Notes under the pieces: generated by a model
Seen by the model: the letters and a program-made list of their open reading frames with translations, nothing else
Told to the model about the DNA's origin: nothing
The model's database searches: none
Source of the DNA: Eledone cirrhosa
Taxonomy: Eukaryota
Reading direction: 5' to 3'
Assembly (NCBI GenBank): GCA_964016885.1
Contig: OZ024744.1
Coordinates: forward strand, 118,916,001 to 118,980,000
Length of the DNA stretch: 64,000 nucleotides
Program-made: the position numbers and the translations under genes
Part shown: one piece after another, positions 35,372 to 48,416 of the stretch
Position numbering within the stretch: the first letter of the stretch is position 1
Layout: each line of letters starts with the position of its first letter

Positions 35372-37331
35372 TGAATGTAGAGGATGTGTGAAGGGTAGAT
35401 AATGTCTGTGTATGTTACATGGTAGTGAGACATGGGTAGTTAATGTAGAGGATGTGTGAAGGGTATATTGTATGATATCTGTGTTACATGGTAGTGAGGC
35501 ATGGGTAGTTAATGTAGAGGATATGTGAAGGGTAGATTGTATGATGTCTGTGTTACATGGTAGTGAGACATGGGTAGTTAATGTAGAGGATGTGTGAAGG
35601 GTAGATTGTATGATGTCTGTGTATGTTACATGGTAGTGAGACATGGGTAGTTAATGTAGAGGATGTGTGAAGGGTAGATTGTATGATGTCTGTGTTACAT
35701 GGTAGTGAGACATGGGTAGTTAATGTAGAGGATATGTGAAGGGTAGATTGTATGATGTCTGTGTTACATGGTAGTGGGACATAGGTAGTTAATGTAGAGG
35801 ATGTGTGAAGGGTAGATTGTATGATGTCTATGTTACATGGTAGTGAGACATGGGTAGTTAATGTAGAGGATGTGTGAAGGGTAGATTGTATGATGTCTAT
35901 GTTACATGGTAGTGAGACATGGGTAGTTAATGTAGAGGATGTGTGAAGGGTAGATTGTATGATGTCTGTGTTACATGGTAGTGAGACATGGGTAGTTAAT
36001 GTAGAGGATGTGTGAAGGGTAGATTGTAGGATGTCTGTGTATGTTACATGATAGTGAGACATGGGTAGTTAATGTAGAGGATGTGTGAAGGGTAGATTGT
36101 ATGATGTCTGTGTTACATGGTAGTGAGACATGGGTAGTTAATGTAGAGGATGTGTGAAGGGTAGATTGTATGATGTCTGTGTTACATGGTAGTGAGACAT
36201 GGGTAGTTAATGTAGAGGATATGTGAAGGGTAGATTGTATGATGTCTGTGTTACATGGTAGTGAGACATGGGTAGTTAATGTAGAGGATGTGTGAAGGGT
36301 AGATTGTATGATGTCTATGTTACATGGTAGTGAGACATGGGTAGTTAATGTAGAGGATGTGTGAAGGGTAGATTGTATGATGTCTATGTTACATGGTAGT
36401 GAGACATGGGTAGTTAATGTAGAGGATGTGTGAGGGGTAGATTGTATGATGTCTGTGTATGTTACATGGTAGTGGGACATGGGTATTGAATGTAGAGGAT
36501 GTGTGAAGGGTAGATTGTATGATGTCTGTGTTACATGGTAGTGAGACATGGGTAGTTAATGTAGAGGATATGTGAAGGGTAGATTGTATGATGTCTGTGT
36601 TACATGGTAGTGAGACATGGGTAGTTAATGTAGAGGATGTGTGAAGGGTAGATTGTATGATGTCTATGTTACATGGTAGTGAGACATGGGTAGTTAATGT
36701 AGAGGATGTGTGAAGGGTAGATTGTATGATGTCTATGTTACATGGTAGTGAGACATGGGTAGTTAATGTAGAGGATGTGTGAGGGGTAGATTGTATGATG
36801 TCTGTGTATGTTACATGGTAGTGGGACATGGGTATTGAATGTAGAGGATGTGTGAAGGGTAGATTGTATGATGTCTGTGTATGTTACATGGTAGTGAGAC
36901 ATGGGTAGTTAATGTAGAGGATGTGTGAAGGGTAGATTGTATGATGTCTGTGTATGTTACATGGTAGAGAGACATGGGTAGTTAATGTAGAGGATGTGTG
37001 AAGGGTAGATTGTATGATGTCTGTGTATGTTACATGGTAGTGAGACATGGGTAGTTAATGTAGAGGATGTGTGAAGGGTAGATTGTATGATGTCTGTGTA
37101 TGTTACATGGTAGTGAGACATGGGTAGTTAATGTAGAGGATGTGTGAAGGGTAGATTGTATGATGTCTGTGTATGTTACATGGTAGTGAGACATGGGTAG
37201 TTAATGTAGAGGATGTGTGAAGGGTAGATTGTATGATGTCTGTGTATGTTACATGGTAGTTAATGTAGAGGATGTGGGAAGGGTAGATTGTATGATGTCT
37301 GTGTACTTTACATGGTAGTGAGACATGGGTA
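35372..37331 (+). repeat. 69/73-bp tandem array, ~27 copies, derived from RTE ORF C-terminal region
   Basis: Unit gtgaagggtagattgtatgatgtctgtg(tatg)ttacatggtagtgagacatgggtagttaatgtagaggatgt matches the RTE at ~14283-14365 (KGRLYDAC...MLHGSETW...VE). Confidence 0.93.
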
Positions 37332-37392
37332 TGTATCCTTATTCCGTATTCATAAATATTTGTAATTTTCACCAATATTCTATTATTTTCAG

Positions 37393-37488
37393 TTGACTCT
37401 TCATCAGAAAGCTGAGAGTTGGGAAGACAATCCAGATAAGCAGTTACTGGAATGGGGTGGTATATCGACCAGTTATTCACACCGATGA
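37393..37488 (+). CDS. TLDc protein terminal exon F: LTLHQKAESWEDNPDKQLLEWGGISTSYSHR*
   Basis: ttttcag acceptor, phase 0, W-x-DNPD-K-x-LL-E-x-GG tail of Rtc5-like TLDc proteins, TGA stop. Confidence 0.88.
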   Translation: MTLHQKAESWEDNPDKQLLEWGGISTSYSHR

Positions 37489-37516
37489 TACAGAAAAATA
37501 TTGATAAAGTGTTTGA

Positions 37517-37720
37517 GAGGTGGTGTATTGGCAGTCATTTGAGGGTCGGATTAAATGCTTCATAGCACTTAGTTACTGTCTTTGATATTCTGAGTTCAAA
37601 TTCTGCTGGTGTGAACCTTTCATCCTTCTCAAATCAAGAAACTTAACAAGCCAGTTGTAAATTATCACCAATATAACCAACTATTTCTTCCCCAAATTTT
37701 CTGGCTTCATGCTTGTTAGA
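37517..37720 (+). mobile_element. Degenerate tRNA-derived SINE in the predicted 3' UTR
   Basis: ttctgagttcaaattctgc...cctttcatcctt core. Confidence 0.55.
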
Positions 37721-37738
37721 GAAATATATATTTAAATT

Positions 37739-37744
37739 AATAAA
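37739..37744 (+). promoter_or_regulatory. Candidate polyadenylation signal for the TLDc gene
   Basis: First AATAAA after the stop codon (~250 nt), followed by T-rich sequence; the AT-rich context makes this weak. Confidence 0.35.
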
Positions 37745-38299
37745 ACTTTAATAATTTAGAAATGTTGGTAATTTTATTACAATTTTTATCATATTTCTAT
37801 TTAAATATGAATATTTATTTCTATTTTTTATCAGAAAAATTGCAAGTCATTACATTGAATAAATAAGACTCCATAACTTACAGAGAAGATAGCCTGTCTA
37901 GGAGAGCTGTCACTCCAAATATATAAGACTACATGGAGAAGACAGCCTGTCTAGGAGAGCTCTTCACTCCAAATTTATAAGACTACATAGGGTAGACATG
38001 GACTCCATAAGTCTGTGAATGCAGCCTAAGAAAAGCAGTTTCTCTGAATAAAAACTGATACATGGTAGAGAAGACCCTTAAGTATGGTCAAACAACCTCT
38101 CTTGTGCTGGTGCCCTGATAAAATACACCCAGTAAAGTTGTTGGTAATAGTAAGGGCATCTAGCAAGAAAAACCTCACCAAAAACTATGACCAGTACAGA
38201 ATATAAGATTCACACTAACTGTGAGTACAGAACTAACACCAGTCATGCTGGTGCTACACATAGTAGCAGAGTGGTTAACCTATGATGTGTACAAGAAGT

Positions 38300-38530
38300 G
38301 AGATGGAAGGGTGTCTCTGTAAGACTACTGACAGGTATGTCAGTACACTGAGAGCTAGATCAGGTGACATTGTAGAGATGGAGGGGTGTCTCTGTAAGAC
38401 TACTGACAGGTATGTCAGTACACTGAGAGGTAGATCAGGTGACATTGTAGAGATGGAGGGGTGTCTCTGTAAGACTACTGACAGGTATGTCAGTACACTG
38501 AGAGGTCGATCAGGTGACATTGTAGAGATA
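38300..38530. repeat. 75-bp tandem repeat, ~3 copies
   Basis: gagatggaggggtgtctctgtaagactactgacaggtatgtcagtacactgagaggtagatcaggtgacattgta repeated three times. Confidence 0.9.
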
Positions 38531-38949
38531 TTTCAGAGGACAGAAGTGAGATAGAAGGGTGTCTCTGCATGATCAACACACAAGCCATATTGACAGAAGG
38601 AAGTAAATGTTAAGCCCTTCCCTTCATCAGAGTGAGAAACACAGGACGATCTGGGGAAGGAAGGTATGGAAGCTAAAAGACTTCTCAGTTAAATATAGCT
38701 TTAGAAAAACTTTACATGACACATATGATGATGGGGAGAAGAAGATAGGTACATCGTGATGACTAGAGAATGGTGATAATGATGATATGTATTATAAATG
38801 TGATAGATTGTTGTAAGGAGATCATCAGATCAAATGTCAATATATTTGTTCTTGACTACAGTCTGATTTGTATAGCTGGTTGCCCTTCCTATCACCAACC
38901 ACCTTACAGGGTGGAATTGGTCTATATCTTGTGGCACCAACACTAGATA

Positions 38950-39870
38950 GGTTATTGTCAGGACGAAAGCAGTGCAGGCCATGTAGAGAGGAACTGCCAG
39001 TAAAGTGAGAGTAGAAAATGAGTTTAGTGAGGAATTCAAGGTACAGGTAGGAGTTCATCAAGGTTCAGTTCTTAGCCCACTGTTGTTTATCATAGTTCTT
39101 CAGGCTATAAAATAAGAGTTTGTGATTGGCTGTCCATGGGAACTTCTGTAAGCTGATGATCTGGTCCTTGTAGCTGAATCTGTGGAAGAACTAGGAAATA
39201 AGTTCTGGCTTTGGAAACAGAACTTAGAATCACAAGGTCTGAGAGTAACTTAGTTAAAACTAAAGTGCTAGTGAGTAAGTAGGAAAGAAAACAGGACCCT
39301 GATCCCATCAGGGAAATGGTCATGTTTGATATGTAGAAAAGGAATAGGCATAAACCCTGTATGATGTACACAATGGAAATCTTGGGTACACAAGATATGT
39401 AGTGAGGTAACAAGTAGACTAATAGGAAGGGATTTAAGTGGAAGATACATGTGAGTGGCTAGTCAGAGCTCTGCAAGCATCACAATTAGAGTAAGGACAG
39501 GTTGGAAGTTCTGTGACCTACTATCTCTTGACAACAAAGGTACCATAGTTGATAGCTTCTGCTACTTAGGTGATCTAATTAGCAGAGGAAGTTGTTCTGA
39601 AAACATAGTAACTAAAATAAGGACAGGACGGAAGAAGTTTAGGGAGCTACTATTTCTGTCGACAATAAAGGCTTTTTCTCTACATGTGATGGGTAGATTG
39701 TATAGACACCTGTATAGCAGTGAATGCTGAAGATAAACAAAGACTGGACAGAAATAAAGCAAGCATGATCCAATGACTGTGTGTGAACGAGTTGAGAAAA
39801 AACCTTGGTATCAGAGGAATTAGATATAGTGCACAAGAGAAGACTGGACTGGTGATGTGTATGGGAATGC
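38950..39870 (+). mobile_element. Old degenerate RTE fragment
   Basis: HQGSVLSPLLF, (Y)ADDL, PSGKW and VDSFCYLGD remnants. Confidence 0.85.
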
Positions 39871-39959
39871 AGGTCTTCTGCAGTTCAGAACAACGCAGAG
39901 ATCTCGATCCTGTGCCATCTCCTTTGTGAGGTTTAACTCGACAAGGTCAGCTTTTATAA

Positions 39960-41900
39960 CTTCATCTCAAGCTTTCCTAGGTCTTCCTATTCTATAATTT
40001 CCATCAACTTTGAGTGCCCTTCACCTTTTTATACAGCTGTCATGCTCCATACACATCACATGTCTATACCACTACAATACCCTCACTACTATTACACATT
40101 CATCAGAGTTTGCAAGCTTCATTTCTTTCCAATCTTTGTAGGTCCTCTGCAAACATTACCCAGGTCTCTCTGCCATGCAACATTTCCTTTTATGGGGAAA
40201 ATGTTTTGTAGGTAGCAGTGGTAGTAGCTCCCTGAACTTTTTCTATCTCATTCTCACTCTGGCTACTATACTTTCAGAACACCTACTGCTAATTTGGTCA
40301 CCCAAATAACAAAAACTATCAACTACTCCTATGGTACCCTCTAAGAATTTGATAGAGATTGTATTCTGTGAGCTCTTGTTACTTACTGCTTCTGTGTATC
40401 AACCACATACAAAACCTCCATACTTTGCTAGCCTACCTTAGATCCCACTACATCTCTTGTGTACCCATAGTTTGCATTTGGGACAGAAGATGGAATTTCC
40501 TACATACTTAGCAAGGTCATTTCCCAGAGGGAATTTGGGCCCTGTTTTCCCTTCTACATACTAGGACCTTAGTCTTTGCCAAGTTGACTTAAAGACCTTT
40601 TGATTCTAGGCCATGCTTCCAGGTTTGGAATTTCTTCTTTAATTCTGCCATAGTTACAAGGTTTAGATCATCTGCATACTGAAGTTCCCATAGACAGCAG
40701 TCTTAAAATCTTCTGTCATAGTCAGCAGGACAATAATAAACAGACAAGGCTAAGAACAGAGCCTTGAGGTACACCTACCTGCACACTAAACTCCTCACTA
40801 TATTCATTGTTAATACTAACCTTGCTGACTGTTCCTCTAAACATGGCTTGTACAGCCTTCACAAGCCACTCATCTACTAGTTTTCTAAGAGCCCACAAGA
40901 TTATGAAGAAGGGGACTATCAAAAGCCTTCACTAGGTTAACAAATGTCAAGTAGTGTGGCTTTAACTAGGTACTACTCCTGTGGTTGTCTCACAAGGAAG
41001 AGAGCATCAGTAGTACCCCGGCACAAACCCAAACTGCACCTCATCTATGTCAACATATTCTCTAATCAGCTGAGCTATGACTCTTTCAGTGACCTTCATA
41101 ACCTGGTCAACCAACTTAATGCTTTTATAGTTTCTGTCTCGTGCCTCTCCTTTGCCCTTGAAGCAGTTTATGATGCTACTGCTACACCAGTCATTGGGTA
41201 TGACACCATTTTGAATAACTTGGTTTACAATATGAGTGATTAAGGTACAACCCACCACCCAGGATGTTTTCAGCATCTCAACAACTCTCCTTGATGGTCT
41301 AGCTTCTTTTGTGTCTTCATATCCTTAATTTCTTTACATTCTTGCTTACTTGTAAAGCTGGTTCCTTTGTTGGGTTTACTTGGGGCAGATTATCTTCCTT
41401 CCATTTATTCTCCTCATTCATCAGTCTCATAGTGACACTTCCATGCTACTTTCTTTTCAGCACCAGTGTCATCTGGGACACATTTCTCCCTCACAACATC
41501 ACAATTTTCCCTGGCACACTATCTCACAATACTCAACACCTCACATCTTTGGTCTTCACATTACAAAACATCTTAGATTTTTTATTTTCTGCTTCCCTTT
41601 CAAAGTATACTTGTCACTAGTTTCTCTCCTATTTTCCCCATTCTGCCATTCTTTCCATGCATGTCTCATGGTCTTAATTGTCTCTTCCCCACTATTAAAC
41701 TACCAAGTCACCCTTCTTCTCTCTGGAGACCTGCTCCAGCCACACACCTCATTTGTCACTTTCAGCAGATTACCTCAGGAAGTCCCACTGCTCCTCTATA
41801 GTGAATGTCTCTATTTCTTCCCTACTGTCAAAGGTTTCACCTCTAAATGTGTTACTGGCTGAGGGCTCCCTCAGCTTCCATATCCTTCTCCTGCAGGTTG
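39960..41900 (-). mobile_element. Old degenerate RTE fragment
   Basis: NDWCSSSIINCFKGKG, QFGFVPG, VPQGSVLS, YADD and later remnants. Confidence 0.85.
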
Positions 41901-42075
41901 CCATATAAAATTCCATTTTAGGGTTAATATTGCAATTAATCAAAGATTTGTTTAACTCTCTCCAAAGTCATAAAGTTGTGGAGTAAAATGATCAAGTCAG
42001 TGGTGACTTGTTTCACCATTCTAGGCATCATATGTTAGTTTAAAGTTAATTACATTAATATATATACTGTAAAAG

Positions 42076-42440
42076 TGGAGGCATATGGCCTAGTGGTAAG
42101 GGTGTTGGATTGACAATCATAATGTTGTGGTTCAATTCCTGGACTGGGTTGTGTGTTGTGTTCTTGAGAGAAACAAGCTGAAAATGAATACCAGCATTAA
42201 TAGATGGGGGTTTAAACCTGCAATGGACTGGCATCCTGTCCAGGGGGAAGTCATGTACTCTCAGTCACTTCACACCTCAAAAACCAGGATAAACACCAGT
42301 CTGATGTGTCTCAGAGTTAGGTATAGACTTTAACCCTGTGGTGGACTGGTGTCCTATCCAGGGGTTGTCTTATACTCTCAAAAACCAAGATAAACACTGT
42401 CCTGATGAATCTCTAGGTTTGTAACGGACTTTAGACTTTA
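42076..42440 (+). mobile_element. tRNA-derived SINE with a duplicated 3' part
   Basis: A box tggcctagtggtaagg, B box ggttcaattcc; cctgcaatggactggcatcctgtccagggg-like motif occurs twice. Confidence 0.7.
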
Positions 42441-42611
42441 GTAAAAGTAGGAGAAAAGTGACATGTATTCTAGTTTTAATGTGTCGGTGTCACCTTTCTA
42501 GCTGTAGTCAATATAAGCTGTTATATAAAAGTGACAAAAGAAAAGTAAACCTACACACCTGTATGTACTTAGGTAACAGGTAACTTTATATATTGCTAGA
42601 GTTAAATGGTA

Positions 42612-43010
42612 GTGACTATTACTAGTAGTAATGCTATTACTGCTACTACTACTATTACTACTGCTATTACTGCTACTATTACTACTACTACTACTGCTGC
42701 TGCTACTACTATTACTACTACTACTAATGTTACTACTACCACTACTACTAATGTTACTACTACTATTACTAATAATACTGCTACTATGACTACTACTACT
42801 GCTACTACTTATACTACTACCACTACTACTACTGCTGCTACAACCACCACCTCCACCACTACCACCACTACCACAGCCTCCACCACCACTACTACCACCA
42901 CCACCACCACCACTGCTACTAGAGTTAAATATGGAAAGTTGATAAACTACTTAAATTATGTGTGTATATCCCACCACCACCACCACTACCAGCACCACCA
43001 CCACTGCTAC
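42612..43010. repeat. (ACT)n/(ACC)n trinucleotide microsatellite
   Basis: Seen directly. Confidence 0.9.
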
Positions 43011-43254
43011 TAGAGTTAAATGGTAATGTCTAAATATGGAAAGGTGATAAACTACTTACATTATGTATGTCGGGGTGCATATTTGTAGGTGTGTGGCAGG
43101 GTGGGGGTGCGTATTTGTGTGTGTGTGTGTGTGTAGGTGTGTGATTATTTACGAAACATTTTCCCTACAAAAGTATTTCTCTATTTAGTTCTCACACCCT
43201 TTTACATTCCACCCTCCCCATGTGGTATGTCATGTGATGTATATGAAAGATATC

Positions 43255-43512
43255 TTAGTCTTAGGTTCTTCATCGAGCAGTAAATACTCGCCAACAGTCA
43301 CGATCACCGACGGCTTTTTCGCATCCGTGCCAAGTAATGTTGGCTGCCATCAGGTCTTTTCGGAACGACCGTCACCAGGTGATTCTGGGGCAACCCCACC
43401 TACGTTTGCCGCCAGGTGGAGTCCGGTTGATAGCTGTTTTCTAGTGTCGTTCGTCGGGCAGGGGCAGAATATGGCCAGCCATGTGGTACCGGTGCTCTGC
43501 AACCATCCTCTG
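43255..43512 (-). mobile_element. 3' fragment of a different RTE family
   Basis: Minus frame reads MAGHILPLPDERH*KTAINRTPPGGKRRWGCPRITW*RSFRKDL...DRDCWR. Confidence 0.7.
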
Positions 43513-43517
43513 TAGCT

Positions 43518-46500
43518 TACACACTGTAAAGAGGTCATGTAGGTTCCACAACAAAAAGTACCCAGTACTCACTGTAAAGTGGTCATGCAGGTGTCACAAC
43601 ATATAGTACCCAGTACACACTGTAAAGTGGTCATGCAGGTGTCACAACATATAGTACCCAGTACACACTGTAAAGTGGTCATGCAGGTGTCACAACATAT
43701 AGTACCCAGTACACACTGTAAAGTGGTCATGCAGGTGTCACAACAAAAAGTACCCAGTACTCACTGTAAAGTGGTCATGCAGGTGTCACAACATATAGTA
43801 CCCAGTACACACTGGAAAGTGGTCATGTAGGTGTCACAACAAAAAGTACCCAGTACTCACTGTAAAGTGGTCATGTAGGGGTTACAAAAAAAAGTACCCA
43901 GTACTCACTGTAAAGTGGTCATGTAGGTGTCACAACATATAGTACCCAGTACACACTGTAAAGTGGTCATGTAGGGGTTACAACAAAAAGTACCCAGTAG
44001 ACACTGTAAAGTGGTCATGTAGGTGTCACAACATATAGTAACCAGTACACGCTGTAAAGTGGTCATGTAGGGGTCACAACAAAAAGTACCCAGTACATAC
44101 TGTAAAGTGGTCATGTAGGTGTCACAACATATAGTACCCAGTACACACTGTAAAGTGGTCATGTAGGTGTCACAACAAAAAGTACCCAGTACACACTGTA
44201 AAGTGGTCATGTAGGTGTCACAACATATAGTACCCAGTACACACTGTAAAGTGGTCATGTAGGTGTCACAACATATAGTACCCAGTACACACTGTAAAGT
44301 GGTCATGTAGGGGTCACAACAAAAAGTACCCAGTACACACTGTAAAGTGGTCATGTAGGTGTCACAACATATAGTACCCAGTACACACTGTAAAGTGGTC
44401 ATGTAGGGGTCACAACAAAAAGTACCCAGTACACACTGTAAAGTGTTCATGTAGGTGTCACAACAAAAAGTACCCAGTACACACTGTAAAGTGGTCATGT
44501 AGGTGTCACAACATATAGTACCCAGTACACACTGTAAAGTGGTCATGTAGGGGTCACAACAAAAAATACCCAGTACACACTATAAAGTGGTCATGTAGGT
44601 GTCACAAGTACCCAGTACACACTGTAGAGTGGTCATGTAGATATCAAAAAAAGTACCCAGTATACACTGTAAAGTGGTCATGTAGGTGTCACAACAAAAA
44701 GTACCTAGTGACACTATAGTGTGGTCATGTAGGTGTCACAACGAAAAATACCCAGTACACACTGTAAAGTGTTAATGTAGGTGTCACAAAAAAAGGTACC
44801 CAGTACACACTGTAAAGTGGTCATGTAGGTGTCAAAAATAAAAAGTACCCAGTACACACTGTAAAGTGGTCATGTAGGTGTCACAACAAAAAGTACCCAG
44901 TACATACTATAATGTGATCATGTAGGTGTCACAAATAAGGGTACCCAGTACACACTGTAAAGTTCTCATGTAGGTGTCACAACAAAAAGCACCCAGTACA
45001 CACTGTAAAGTGGTCATGCAGGTGTCACAAAAAAAAGTACTCACTGTAAAGTGTTCATTTACGTCTCACAATAAAACATACCCAGTACACACTGCAAATG
45101 CTCATGTAGGGGTCACAACAAAAAATACCCAGTACACACTGTAAAGTGGTCATGACAAAATGTACCCAGTCTACAACTTTAAAGTGGCCATGTAGGTATC
45201 ACAACAAAAGGTACCCAGTTCACTCTGTAAAGTGGTAATTTCAGTGTCACAACAAAAAGTACCCAGTACACCCTGTAAAGTGTTCAAGTAGCTGTCACAA
45301 CAAAAAGTACCCAGTACACACAGTAAAGTGGTCATATATGTGTAATGACAAAAATTACCCAGTACACATTGTAAAGTGGTCATGTAGTTGTCACAACAAA
45401 AAGTACCCAGTACACACTGTAAAGTGATCATGTAGGTGTCACAACAAAAAGTACCCAGTACACACTGTAGAGTGGTCATGTTAAAAAGTACCCAGTACAT
45501 ACTGTAAAGTGGTCATGTAGGTGTGACAACAAAAAGTACCCAGACAACACTTTAAAGTGGTCATGTAGGTGTCACAATAAAAAGTAACCAGTACACACTG
45601 TAAAGTGGTCAAGTAGGTGCCACAACAAAAAGTACCCAGTACACACTGTAGAGTGGTCAAGTAGGTGCCACAACAAAAAGTACCCAGTACACACTGTAGA
45701 GTGGTCATGTAGGTGTCACAACAAAAGGTAGCAAGTACACACTGTAAAGTGGTCATATAGGTGTCATGTCAAAAAGTACCCAGTACATACTGTAAAGTGG
45801 TCATGTAGGTGTGACAACAAAAAGTACCCCGACCACACTTTAAAGTGGTCATGTCAGAAAGTACCTAGTACACACTGTAAAGTGGTCATGTAGGTGTCAC
45901 AATAAAAAGTAACCAGTACACATTGTAAAGTGGTCAAGTAGGTGCCACAACAAAAAGTACCCAGTACACACTGTAGAGTGGTCATGTTAAAAAGTACCCA
46001 GTACATACTGTAAAGTGGTCATGTAGGTGTCACAACAAAAAATACCCAGACCATACTTTAAAGTGGTCATGTCAGAAAGTACCCAGTACACACTGTAAAG
46101 TGGTCATGTAGGTATCACAATAAAAAGTAACCAGTACACACTGTAAAGTGGTCAAGTAGGTGCCACAACAAAAAGTACCCAGTACACACTGTAGAGTGGT
46201 CATGTAGGTGTCACAACAAAAGGTAGCAAGTACACACTGTAAAGTGGTCATATAGGTGTCATGTCAAAAAATACCCAGTACATACTGTAAAGTAGTCATG
46301 TAGGTATCAGAATGAAATGAACCCATTCCACACTGTAACCTGGTCATGTAGGTCTCAAAACAAAAAGTACTCAGTTCATACTGTAAAGTGGTCATGTAGG
46401 TGTCATGTCAAAAAGTACCCAGTACATACTGTAAAGTTATCATGTAGGTGTCACAATAAAAAGTAACCAGTAACACTGTAAACTGGTCATGTAGGTGTCA

Positions 46501-47948
46501 TGACAAAAAGTACCCAGTTCACACTATAAAGTGGTCATCTAGGTGTCACAACAGAGAGTACCCAGCACACACTGTAAAGTGGTCATGTAGGTGTCACAAC
46601 AAAAATTACCCAGTACACACTATAGTGTGGTCATGTAGGTGTCACAAAAAAGGGTACCCAGTACACTCTGTAAAGTTGTCATCACAAAATTACCCAGGTC
46701 TCATCACAAAATTACCCAGTACTCTCTGTAAAGTTGTCATGCAGGTGTCGCAACTAAAAGCACCCAGTACACACTGTAAAGTAGTCATGCAGGTGTTACA
46801 AAAAAGTGGACCCAGTACAGTACTCACTGTAAAGTGATCATGTACGTGTCACAATAAAACGTACCAGTACACACTGCAAATGCTCATGTATGGGTCACAA
46901 CAAAAAATACCCAGTACACACTGTAAAGTGGTCATGTAGGTGTCACAACAAAAAGTACCAAGTACACACTGTAAAGTGGTCATGTATATGTCACAACAAA
47001 AAGTACCCAGTACACACTGTAAAGTGGTCATGTAGATGTCACAACAAAATGTACCCGGTACACACTGTAAAGTGGTCATGTAGGTGACACAACAAAAGTA
47101 ACCCAGTACACACTGTAAAGTGGTCATGTAGGTGTCACAACAAAAAGTACCCAGTACACACTGTAAAGTGGTCATGTAGGTGTCACAACAAAAGGTACCC
47201 AGTACACACTGTAAAGTGGTCATGTAGGTGTCATGACAAAAATTACCCAGTACACACTGTAAAGTGGTCATGTAGGTGTCACAACAAAAAGTACCCCGTA
47301 CACACTGTAAAGTGGTCATCTAGGTATCATAACCAAAAGTACACAGTCCACACTATAAAGTGGTCATGTAGGTGTCACAACAAAAAGTACCCAGTACACA
47401 CTGTAAAGTGTTCATGTAGGTGATACAACAAAAAGTACCCAGTCCACAGTGTAAAGAGGTCTCGTAGGTGTCATGTCAAAAAGTACCCAGTACATACTGA
47501 AAAGTCGTCATGTAGGTGTCACAATAAAAAGTAACCAGTACACACTGTAAAGTGCTCATATAGGTGCCTCATGAAACAGTACCCAGTGCACACTGTAAAC
47601 TGGTCATATAGGTGTAATGACAAAAATTACCCAGTACACACTGTAAAGTGGTCATGTAGGTATCATGTCAAAAAGTACTCAGCACACACTGTAAAGCGGT
47701 CATGTAGGTGTCACAATAAAAAGTACCCAGTACACACTGTAAAGTGGTCATGTAGATCTCACAACAAAAAGTACCCTGTACACACTGTAAAGTGGGCATG
47801 TAGGTGTCACAACAAAAAGTACCCTGTCCACACTGTAAAGTGGTCATGTAGGTGTCACAACAAAAAATACCCAGTATACACTGTAAAGTGGTCATGTAGG
47901 TGTCACAACAAAATGTTCCCAGAACACACTGTAAAGTGCTCATGTAGG
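43518..47948 (+). repeat. 48-bp satellite derived from the RTE 3' UTR, left block, ~90 copies
   Basis: Unit cacaacaaaaagtacccagtacacactgtaaagtggtcatgtaggtgt; homologous to the RTE UTR at ~14760-14850. Confidence 0.96.
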
Positions 47949-48214
47949 TGTTGTGGTTAGAAAAAGCTACTTCACTTACCGCTTTCGCTGGCACCGCTAA
48001 TCCAATGGCTGGTTTCTCCTCTCTCACTTGCGTACAATCCAACTCGTTAACCGGGAGCTCCAAGACTGACGTCCACCACGTTCGCTGACCACCCTAGAGA
48101 GAGGCAGACCTGCTGGCCCTTCCGGTTGAGGACCCTTCCAGCCAAGCACCCTTCCGGTCAAGCACTCTTCCGGTCAAGCACTCTCCGGCCACCGCCCACC
48201 ACACCATACCCACA
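47949..48214 (-). repeat. 3' LTR (266 bp) with internal 16-bp subrepeats
   Basis: On minus follows the purine run agggggcg, starts TGTGGGTATGGTG and ends CAACA; ccttccggtcaagcac-like unit repeated 4-5 times. Confidence 0.75.
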
Positions 48215-48416
48215 CGCCCCCTGATCTCAAGGATCAATTTCCCCCTCGTCCTTCTGCATATGAGAGTCTGCTGTCCAGGTTAGTGGTTTGCGACTTCTTT
48301 GCGATCTCCGCAGTGTTGGGGCGGCACTTTGGGTTTCCTCTGCCTCGGAGTCCATTGACAGTAATTCTACGGACATCCAGGACATGACGTGGTACTCCGT
48401 CCACGGACACATTGTT

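Noticed and set aside
35327-37480. THVSLPCNTDIIQSTLH repeat ORFs
   Set aside because: Antisense translation of the RTE-derived 69/73-bp array.
42606-43013. Poly-Thr mucin-like ORF
   Set aside because: (ACT/ACC)n microsatellite with no splice or domain support.
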